Virus record (IMG/VR): IMGVR_UViG_3300031669_000014 | Coordinates: 1-64,000 of that record | Reading direction: 5' to 3' (one strand) | DNA: 64,000 nt | Source of the DNA: a virus | The notes under the pieces: generated by a model | What the model was told of the DNA's origin: nothing | Database searches by the model: none | What the model saw: the letters and a program-made list of their open reading frames with translations, nothing else | Shown: piece by piece, positions 56,788 through 64,000 of the stretch | Layout: each line of letters starts with the position of its first letter | How positions within the stretch are numbered: position 1 is the stretch's first letter | Made by a program: the position numbers and the translations under genes

Positions 56788-57561
56788 TCAAGGAAGTGCT
56801 ACCCCTCGGGGAGCAAGTTCGGCTTTGAGAGCGTTGAAAATCTGCGTTATTTCAGGCAGCGCAAGGGCTACTTTGTAAGCCGCGAGAAAGGCGATCGGTT
56901 CGGTGGAGTTGAAGTAACTGTCCACCGTGGCGTTGTAACGGAGTGTCCCGATAGTCGCCCTATCAACTGTGATAGCACCGAGAGCCACAGCTGCGGGTGA
57001 GGCAAGCAGAGTGATATTCCGGTAAAGATAAATATTGTTTCCGTTCCTTACTCCCGTATACATGGCGTATGCGTCTGAATAGGCCGTTGCAGATGCGGCG
57101 GATACTATATTTGCGGCATCGTCTCGCACCACGAAACGAGGTTTGTTTGCATCGGTAAAGTCCAATTGTCCGGCAATCGGAGTTGCGTTTGAATTTGATC
57201 GTTCTCCGAAAATCGTCCGGTAGACTGCCCCCGCCGTATTATTCACAACCGCCACAATTGAATAAGTCGTTATGCCGGATGCAATTAGCGGCGATAAAAG
57301 CAGGGGCGTTACTACGTAGTCGTCCGCGCCGAATATCAACCCCCGGTTTGTCCATGTCGGGTCATTCGTGTCCACACCATCCGAACTGCCGAGTGTACCG
57401 TGGTTCCCGTAAGGCGACCAATCGACAAGCCTCTGCCCCTGGCCCTCGTTGAATTTGTACCAGGCGACAAGGCCAGCGCGGACAATGTCTCCCCTATCTT
57501 CGCCAACCCTGATAAGTCCAGGCAGTTCGAGTTTCGGTTGGGTAGGCGTAATTAATTGCAT
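56788..57561 (-). CDS. LamG/concanavalin-like domain protein
   Basis: GLVAWYKFNEGQG..D.SPYGNHGTL. Confidence 0.75.
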   Translation of the reverse strand: MQLITPTQPKLELPGLIRVGEDRGDIVRAGLVAWYKFNEGQGQRLVDWSPYGNHGTLGSSDGVDTNDPTWTNRGLIFGADDYVVTPLLLSPLIASGITTYSIVAVVNNTAGAVYRTIFGERSNSNATPIAGQLDFTDANKPRFVVRDDAANIVSAASATAYSDAYAMYTGVRNGNNIYLYRNITLLASPAAVALGAITVDRATIGTLRYNATVDSYFNSTEPIAFLAAYKVALALPEITQIFNALKAELAPRGVALP

Positions 57562-57570
57562 AGTCTACAC

Positions 57571-58416
57571 CTACCTTCCTGTTATCGGGTCTACCCAGAT
57601 ACTCACCGCGGCGCCCTGGCCAACAACGGAACTGATGAGGATAACAAGTCCGGGCGTACCGTCAACGTACATTTCAAACTCCTGGTAAAAACTCTGACCA
57701 ATGCCAGCAACTAGCAAAACAGGCGTAATGGTTCCCTGGTGCCAAATGGTAGTATCAGTTTTATTCTGCATGAACGGAATTAAGTTTAGTGACGGTGCAG
57801 CGCGAAGGTCGGTCAAAGCTACTTTAACGAGGACACGGACTTTCATAACTCCTGTACAGTTTACAGCGGTAGGGGTTGCAGGGGTATAGGCGTTATTCTG
57901 CGCGAATACGGCGTTTGTGGATGCTATACCAGTACCAACTACCTGTACGTTGACCACGCCGGCACTCCCACCAGCCCCCACCGTACCAACGGCAGTTACG
58001 GCACACCCTGCGGCGCGTTGAGCCTCGGTAACTCTTGCTACCCAAAGGGGCGCGGTCGGCGCGGTTGAGAGACAAATATCGTAATAGGTGGCCCCTGCAC
58101 ATTGAGGTATTGTTATGTCAATAGACTTATTTACGGTCGGCGTGACCGTGACTAATGCACTCATGCCGACAGTCCCATAAATATTCCCAGGTGCAACGCC
58201 AATGCCGTGAGATACGGCAGTAAGGGAACCTGCGGTGGCGGAGTCTGCTGCCGTAATGGTGATTACAGCCAACTTGTCAGTTGCGGTAATGGCCGAACGG
58301 TGGAGCGTTCCTGTTGCTCTACTACCCGTTAGTTCTACATTATGGGCCGTTCCCCCGGCGTTGGTTAATCTGTTTAACAAATCTTGCGCACTATATTGTT
58401 TTCCTGTGGCTGGCAA
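57571..58416 (-). CDS. Virion structural protein (fibre-like)
   Basis: A/T/G/V-rich. Confidence 0.5.
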   Translation of the reverse strand: MPATGKQYSAQDLLNRLTNAGGTAHNVELTGSRATGTLHRSAITATDKLAVITITAADSATAGSLTAVSHGIGVAPGNIYGTVGMSALVTVTPTVNKSIDITIPQCAGATYYDICLSTAPTAPLWVARVTEAQRAAGCAVTAVGTVGAGGSAGVVNVQVVGTGIASTNAVFAQNNAYTPATPTAVNCTGVMKVRVLVKVALTDLRAAPSLNLIPFMQNKTDTTIWHQGTITPVLLVAGIGQSFYQEFEMYVDGTPGLVILISSVVGQGAAVSIWVDPITGR

Positions 58417-58421
58417 TTAAA

Positions 58422-58841
58422 TCACCTCTTTTTTTGAGGCGTCCCCCCGATAACAGGAGGTTTTACCTCTACCTCTTTCTTAAACTGCGGGAATTCTTCC
58501 TCCTGCGGTAAGACTTGGGCGATTTTCTTCGCCTCAATTTCCCTCAAATCAACCAATTGGATTTCTTCTTCCTTAATTGGTTCAATTCTCAATCTAGGGA
58601 CTTTCTTGTCCCTGTCCTCCGGTTTAAACGCCGCGTAACGCATAGCAACACGTTTGTTCTCGGCGGCTGCCTCCAACTCATCCTCTCCGTTAATAACCTT
58701 CGGATCGCCAATAAAATGATAGGCGACATAGTCCGGTACTTTGGCGGCCTGACCAGGCGGGATGCGAATTTCTTTACCAGCGCATTTATCCACAAATTCT
58801 TTTTTCATCTCGTTAACAAGATAGACGTACAATAAAATCAC
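58422..58841 (-). CDS. Hypothetical head-module protein
   Basis: ORF track. Confidence 0.55.
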   Translation of the reverse strand: MILLYVYLVNEMKKEFVDKCAGKEIRIPPGQAAKVPDYVAYHFIGDPKVINGEDELEAAAENKRVAMRYAAFKPEDRDKKVPRLRIEPIKEEEIQLVDLREIEAKKIAQVLPQEEEFPQFKKEVEVKPPVIGGTPQKKR

Positions 58842-58882
58842 CTCTTTTAAAAAATTAGGGGAGGGATAAACCCTCCCTTAGA

Positions 58883-59401
58883 TTAGACGAACTGCATAGT
58901 GACCGTAATCGTTCCCAGGGCGTACGATGTAGCCGCGCCGGATTGAACCTTTAAGCAAAGCGCATCCCCTGCCGCCAGGGTCCCGGCTGCGGTTGTTACT
59001 GCCGTTATACTGACAGGCGTATTCGCTGTACTTGTCAGGTCAAAGCCGGTTGTAAACAAATCGTCACCGGCCCCGGGAGCCTCAGCACTTGTTAATTTTT
59101 CAACGGTTAATACTCCAGCCTGGCCAGCCACGGTTACGTGTCTTTCGTATGCGCTGACTATTTTACAGGCAGCGGGCGCAATGAAAAATGTCTTGGCAAC
59201 GTCAGCGGCAGCAACCTGGGGATATGTTACTTGGAACTTTTGACCGACCACGTATTTGCCTTCCGTTAGTCCGTCTGCTGCTGCATTTAATTCTGCGGCA
59301 GTAGACGTAACTGCGGTTCCATTTAGTTTAAGGTCTTTGCAGTCCACCGTCATGTTTTTAAGATCGGGAAGAAAACGACTGAGTAATTTTGTAAGAGCCA
59401 T
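58883..59401 (-). CDS. Minor capsid/structural protein
   Basis: VTSTAAELN motif; bracketed by hairpins 58857-58880 and 59426-59446. Confidence 0.55.
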   Translation of the reverse strand: MALTKLLSRFLPDLKNMTVDCKDLKLNGTAVTSTAAELNAAADGLTEGKYVVGQKFQVTYPQVAAADVAKTFFIAPAACKIVSAYERHVTVAGQAGVLTVEKLTSAEAPGAGDDLFTTGFDLTSTANTPVSITAVTTAAGTLAAGDALCLKVQSGAATSYALGTITVTMQFV

Positions 59402-59453
59402 CTATAAACCCCCTTTCAAGGAAATAGGGAGGGGTAATCCCTCCCCACTGCAA

Positions 59454-59948
59454 TTAGAAATCACAAGTTAAAATAGTCGCCACTGTGTCGGCAGCATCCA
59501 CGTCAGCAGCATACGCCCACCCAATAGGATTATATAAGGGGGCCGTCCCTGCGGCGGTGCGGTCAACCACGCCGTCTGTGGTAGCATGAAGAATCAACGC
59601 GTCGGTAACAGCAATATCGTCACCCGCATCGGTTGCTACGGCGGCATGATACCCTTTAATCTGAATCCAGCCGTAGTAACTTGCGGTGATTACCCCGATG
59701 CCCACGCCAGCCGGAAGGTTAACGTTTGTGTCTGTTCTATCGCTTGAAGCTACCGTGCGGGTATAATCGGTATACGCGAGTGCCGTCCCGTTTGCTACGG
59801 TGGTGTCCGAGGCTGCCTGGACATATTTGTAATATCTCCACCCGTAGGTCGCGCTGTATTCGGCGCGTACTATACCGAGCTGGTCCTTTGCAGAGGAATC
59901 ATTGGCGGTTAATTCAGTTTTAAAAATAGTATGGTACATTAATTTCAA
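59454..59948 (-). CDS. Capsid decoration/cement protein
   Basis: YKYVQA...YGWIQIKG; follows capsid. Confidence 0.6.
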   Translation of the reverse strand: MKLMYHTIFKTELTANDSSAKDQLGIVRAEYSATYGWRYYKYVQAASDTTVANGTALAYTDYTRTVASSDRTDTNVNLPAGVGIGVITASYYGWIQIKGYHAAVATDAGDDIAVTDALILHATTDGVVDRTAAGTAPLYNPIGWAYAADVDAADTVATILTCDF

Positions 59949-59975
59949 CTCCTTTCAATAATTAGCACTACCTAG

Positions 59976-60917
59976 CTAGGTAGTAATACTTACGAGCCTG
60001 CCCTGATAGCGGCAGTTGGTACAAAGAAGGTTGGCCTTGTAGATAAATTGCCCCACGCCTACGTCCTGATTTGTGGGCTCTTTCCATCCGGACCACTTCG
60101 CCTCATTGTACCCGTCCATCGGATACAGTTTCAGGTAGTTGCTGTTCAGGAAGTACATTTGCCCGGTAGTACACTGAGCGTCAACCACCACAGGAGTACC
60201 ATTGAAGTTGATCATGGTAAAACCATAGTCAACGCTCATCTTCTCCGAAGTAGATCGCTGAATGGGTGTAATCAACTCCCACAGGTCATCCCAGATATCC
60301 TGCGTGGTCACGATAAGGCCAGGGCGCTCCTCGCCGTCAGTCAGGTCGCCATACATGCTCTGCATGACTGCCAGGCTGATGTAGTCTGAAACTGCGGTGT
60401 ACTTCGCCTTCCACCATGTCGCGTCAGTAAGACGCTCGATATTGGCGTATGTTGCTATGTTGGTGCCGTCATCCACAACCGCCTTTAAGCCGGTCAGCTG
60501 CTTATTGCTGGTACCGGTGCCGTCTGAGAAAATACCTGCCGTAAGCTGGTAAGACAGGGTTTTCCGAGCATTATTCAGTTTGTATTCCACCAGATCAACC
60601 ACGGAGTTCTTGCCTTTGTTCTGATCCTTGTCGTCGCCGGTCATAACCACCGAAACATAGATATCCTTCCAACCAACCTCTGCCTTGGTAGCAGTCTGGA
60701 TATCATTGGTCAGGAAGGTATCCGCGCCGGAAAACCAACCGGTATTCGTGTTGCGGGCGTATTCTACCGGAGCCTGTAACTTGGTGCCACTCTTGCCGGT
60801 TTTTTGGTTTTTCTTAAACCACTTCAATACCGGTGTAGCGTTGAAAATGTTGTCTGTAACCTTTTTGATTACGTCCTCTCTAGTAAGAGAGTTTAGAGTA
60901 TCGTAGGTAAGAGCCAT
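59976..60917 (-). CDS. Major capsid protein B
   Basis: DNIFNATP, IFSDGTG...LTGL, FNGTPVVVD; after scaffold. Confidence 0.85.
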   Translation of the reverse strand: MALTYDTLNSLTREDVIKKVTDNIFNATPVLKWFKKNQKTGKSGTKLQAPVEYARNTNTGWFSGADTFLTNDIQTATKAEVGWKDIYVSVVMTGDDKDQNKGKNSVVDLVEYKLNNARKTLSYQLTAGIFSDGTGTSNKQLTGLKAVVDDGTNIATYANIERLTDATWWKAKYTAVSDYISLAVMQSMYGDLTDGEERPGLIVTTQDIWDDLWELITPIQRSTSEKMSVDYGFTMINFNGTPVVVDAQCTTGQMYFLNSNYLKLYPMDGYNEAKWSGWKEPTNQDVGVGQFIYKANLLCTNCRYQGRLVSITT

Positions 60918-60968
60918 TTAAATTCATCTCCTTTCAAAATTAAACGGACCTAAGTTAAAGAGCCGTCT

Positions 60969-61697
60969 TTACCACTCGATTTCTCCCGCCGCAGCGGTTA
61001 AAGCATCCCGCAACGAGGTATTTTTAGAAATACCCGGCGTTACTTTCGTAGCCGACCCCGGCACGGTCTTGCCTTTCGCTTTCAAGGCGAGATTCTTTTT
61101 GTAATCCTCCTGCGCCCTCTTAGCAGCCGTTTCGCGGATAGTATCCCTGGTCACCATCTTGTAGGCGTCCTCAAGAAACCATCCCTTTTCGGTAGCGAAG
61201 TCCTCAATTTCTTCAATATCCTGCTTGGTCGGCTTTTTGCCAAAATCCTTTTCCCACATGGCCGTAACCTTTTCCAGATCACGATCATATTTTATTTGGC
61301 TGCGCTCTTGAAGAAGTTGATCGACGCGCGGGTCGTGCTGTGGAGCGTTACCCTGCTCCACCGGTGCGCCTTTAACCAGCTCGGCCATTACATGCCTAAC
61401 CAGATCGCGGGGCTGAACCCCGTAGCGCTGACTGATCGATTTAAAGTCGTCGATTGTGCGCCGGTCAAAGCCCACATCTTCAAGCTTGGACATTTCCTTT
61501 GCCCATTGCTTGTTAAAAATGCGGCCTGATTCGGACTTGAACTTGTTGTCAAAATCCTCCTGCGTGTAAACCTTTTCCGGTAGTGTTTCAACCAGATCGG
61601 CACCACCGTCTACCGTGGGATCGACTTGTGTTTCATTCCCCGGCACTTCAAGGCTGTCGTCACCTGTGGGGAGCATTAATTCTTCGTTGTCCGGCAT
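60969..61697 (-). CDS. Scaffolding protein B
   Basis: Acidic N-terminus, YTQEDFD, LEDAYK. Confidence 0.7.
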   Translation of the reverse strand: MPDNEELMLPTGDDSLEVPGNETQVDPTVDGGADLVETLPEKVYTQEDFDNKFKSESGRIFNKQWAKEMSKLEDVGFDRRTIDDFKSISQRYGVQPRDLVRHVMAELVKGAPVEQGNAPQHDPRVDQLLQERSQIKYDRDLEKVTAMWEKDFGKKPTKQDIEEIEDFATEKGWFLEDAYKMVTRDTIRETAAKRAQEDYKKNLALKAKGKTVPGSATKVTPGISKNTSLRDALTAAAGEIEW

Positions 61698-61836
61698 AAA
61701 AACCTCCCGTGCTTAAAGTCCCGTCGGACTATAGATTCTCCCAGCCTTTGGCTGTCGTCATCCGCAATTACGGCATCAAAAAAGCGCCTTTCGACGCGGT
61801 GCAAGCTACTTTCTTCCGCCTTTTCCCTTCTTATCT

Positions 61837-63615
61837 TTACATCCCAACCGGCCCACCTCCCCCGGGAGGTACGCCTCCACTGGCGCCCATTTGCGCCTGC
61901 ATTTGCATTTGTGCCTGCTGTAACATTTTTTGCTCTATCCTGGCTTTAATCAGCGGATAGTTGCGGATATCGAACCGCCTCGCTACTTCCTCGTCGTCAA
62001 TAATACCCTTGTCGAACAAAAGCAAGGCATCTTGCCGGTCACGGTTGCGGGTTACTGTGGCCGCGGTCCCTACCTCGAGGACAACATCAAGGGGTATTTC
62101 CTCGGTCATCTGTCCCATTTCGTCGGTTCGGTAGAGGTCTTGATTGGTAAAATCCATAAACCCAAAAGAATTATTGCCTCTATTAATCATTTCAACACCG
62201 AGAAGTTGAGGCACATCCCCGGTAATCCGTATCTTCCTCGGATCGGTGTAATACTGCCTGATCCGGCTTAATAACTTCTCACCTAATAGAATCAACGCAT
62301 TATTCACGTTCCGGGCTTTCTTGCGGATACGCGACAAAGCAAACTCCTGTAGCCGCTCAAACGCTACTCCGGATTCCCCGGAACCAGGGGATCGCCCTTG
62401 CAACACTTCCCGAATACCGGAAATAATCTCTAAATCAGATTTGCAGGCAAAAAGCCACTCAAAAACAGCGGAAGGAAAGTTCGGCGGAGGTGTTATGTTA
62501 ACTTCCCCACCCTTACTCTTCTTGATAAGCGCCCCTTCCAGGTTATCTAGGCTGGCCTCGTCAATATTTGCCTCATCGTCATAAACAATATGCGTGTGCG
62601 CCGTCATCCTGATGTAGTCATTCAACCGGCTGACGATCTTGTTAATATCTGTATTGATCTCGGTGATATGCTCCACATCACCCATGGGCCAAAAGGAATC
62701 AGACTGTTCATAATTAGGAATGATAATGTATGGAGGATCACCATCCTCGAAGGGGTTATTGTCGTCCTCTTCATTCAACCACACGTCCCCAGCCACGACA
62801 ATCTTCCTGCCGTTAGGGTATTTTAGCCTGGTAACAGTTACCGCCTCACCAGTTTCCTCATTGGTTTCCTCTTCAGTGAAAGACGCCTCGTCCCTTACCC
62901 AGACCTCATCCAGCCATGCCCTGTAATGCTTAGCATCACTAGGCGCCGCGCTGTCAACTTCCTTATTGTATTCACTGGAAAGCGTTGTGCCGTCTTCTTC
63001 CAGGGAAATACTCTCGTTCGGTTTGACAAACTTGCCCTTTTCCGGGTAGTCTCTAACAATCTTCCATAGCGGCGTAGGGGTATGCTGTATTACCACCTTG
63101 GCAGTTTCCAGACTTGTAGCGTCCGGGTCTACGAGGAGGTGATCCGGGTGTACCACGTCCACTACTATTTCACCATCAGGGTAGTTAATCAGCGGGTCAT
63201 AGTAAACCTTGAGAATACCAACGCCGGAAATAAGGTGATCCCTCAATGCCATCGGTAGCTTTTGATCCATTCTGGACCGTTCCCACACAAAGGAAAGCAC
63301 CCTCTTGGCTTTCTCCGCAGCCACTAGATCGTCCGGCCCCGCCCTCGGCCAGCAGTCAAGCGAAGGCTGGTTATCCGTCAACAGGGCAAGCCCATCTTCA
63401 ACAGAGGAGAATATATAGTTCCTCTGCGAGTTTGCTTTTTTCTTTTGCTTCTTCTGGTGAGGAGTATAAAATTCGCCCCGGTAAACCTTATAACACTTAT
63501 CGGTTATTTCTTTCCTCTTGGCCTTGGCCCTCTGGGCGTTCTTCACCCATGCCTTGACCATTGCCACAACTTTTTCTGCTTCTTCCGATGGGACATACTC
63601 CAAATCTTCAGCCAT
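61837..63615 (-). CDS. Portal protein B (P22-like)
   Basis: GVGILKVYYD, LLVDPDA, ISGIREVLQG, QYYT; Q/G tail. Confidence 0.85.
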   Translation of the reverse strand: MAEDLEYVPSEEAEKVVAMVKAWVKNAQRAKAKRKEITDKCYKVYRGEFYTPHQKKQKKKANSQRNYIFSSVEDGLALLTDNQPSLDCWPRAGPDDLVAAEKAKRVLSFVWERSRMDQKLPMALRDHLISGVGILKVYYDPLINYPDGEIVVDVVHPDHLLVDPDATSLETAKVVIQHTPTPLWKIVRDYPEKGKFVKPNESISLEEDGTTLSSEYNKEVDSAAPSDAKHYRAWLDEVWVRDEASFTEEETNEETGEAVTVTRLKYPNGRKIVVAGDVWLNEEDDNNPFEDGDPPYIIIPNYEQSDSFWPMGDVEHITEINTDINKIVSRLNDYIRMTAHTHIVYDDEANIDEASLDNLEGALIKKSKGGEVNITPPPNFPSAVFEWLFACKSDLEIISGIREVLQGRSPGSGESGVAFERLQEFALSRIRKKARNVNNALILLGEKLLSRIRQYYTDPRKIRITGDVPQLLGVEMINRGNNSFGFMDFTNQDLYRTDEMGQMTEEIPLDVVLEVGTAATVTRNRDRQDALLLFDKGIIDDEEVARRFDIRNYPLIKARIEQKMLQQAQMQMQAQMGASGGVPPGGGGPVGM

Positions 63616-63630
63616 TTAATCACCCACCTT

Positions 63631-63999
63631 CTACTGCACCCTCACTTTATGCTTCTCCCGCGACCCGCCAATCTGCCGCGCCAGCCAGAAATACACACTG
63701 GCATGGGCGAAGTGGTCCGGCCCGGAATGCTCCCACGTCTTATAGCCCTTCTCCTCATCATGAAACAAATACATATTCTCCCAATGCTCCAAAAACGATT
63801 CCCCGCGCTTTAACCCTCCCCCGCCTATTAACCGAGGCTCGGAAGGACTAATAAACACCCTCAGCCGGTTCTCTGCATACTCCGCGATTACCCGGTCTAT
63901 TACTTCCGTCCTCATAGCGGAAACAGTCTGCTCCTTATAATTCACCGTGTAAATATCCTGCGATCCCGGCATCCTGGTTGTCGGCGACCGGTAGTAGCA
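63631..63999 (-). CDS. terL: Terminase large subunit B, C-terminal part (GpA-like; runs off window)
   Basis: Frame open to edge: CYY...RTEVID...HWENM...GPDHFAHASVY; upstream of portal. Confidence 0.65.
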   Translation of the reverse strand, partial: CYYRSPTTRMPGSQDIYTVNYKEQTVSAMRTEVIDRVIAEYAENRLRVFISPSEPRLIGGGGLKRGESFLEHWENMYLFHDEEKGYKTWEHSGPDHFAHASVYFWLARQIGGSREKHKVRVQ

Positions 64000-64000
64000 C

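Overview
The whole window is phage DNA from an inferred spore-forming Firmicute (Clostridia-like) host, read from AGGAGG RBSs, sigmaA-type promoters, a Firmicute-type dif site and a CwlC-like amidase. It holds two related but different short-tailed (P22-like podovirus architecture) temperate phages head-to-tail, with a period of about 42-43 kb. About 0.3-42 kb carries one copy of every module (lysis, ejection proteins, nozzle, capsid, glycosyltransferases, portal, terminase, DNA methylase, replication, cro/cI). From about 42.2 kb a second set begins; it shares lysis and the large ejection gene but has a distinct head, tail and terminase, and runs off the window in terL. No integrase is present in a full unit. 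Instead there is a plasmid-maintenance kit: (i) a ~550-nt protein-free structured region with a sigmaA promoter and a convergent antisense promoter (ColE1 RNA I/II-like or ctRNA-like layout; candidate Rep-less replicon), whose slot at the left edge is filled by an HTH Rep, iterons and a DnaA box; (ii) a RacA/pSK1-Par-like single-protein partition gene; (iii) an Xer dif-like site between terS and terL. Other highlights: a circularly permuted multi-TRD C5 methyltransferase whose frame stays open across two nested out-of-frame HNH endonuclease genes and a third nested ORF; a glycosyltransferase/methyltransferase cluster in the head module; a conserved small RNA with a compensatory base change; a probable -1 frameshift adding a transglycosylase to an ejection protein. 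All protein calls are by eye from motifs; no searches were run. The tandem may be a real cointegrate or an assembly artefact through a ~1.05-kb identical block.
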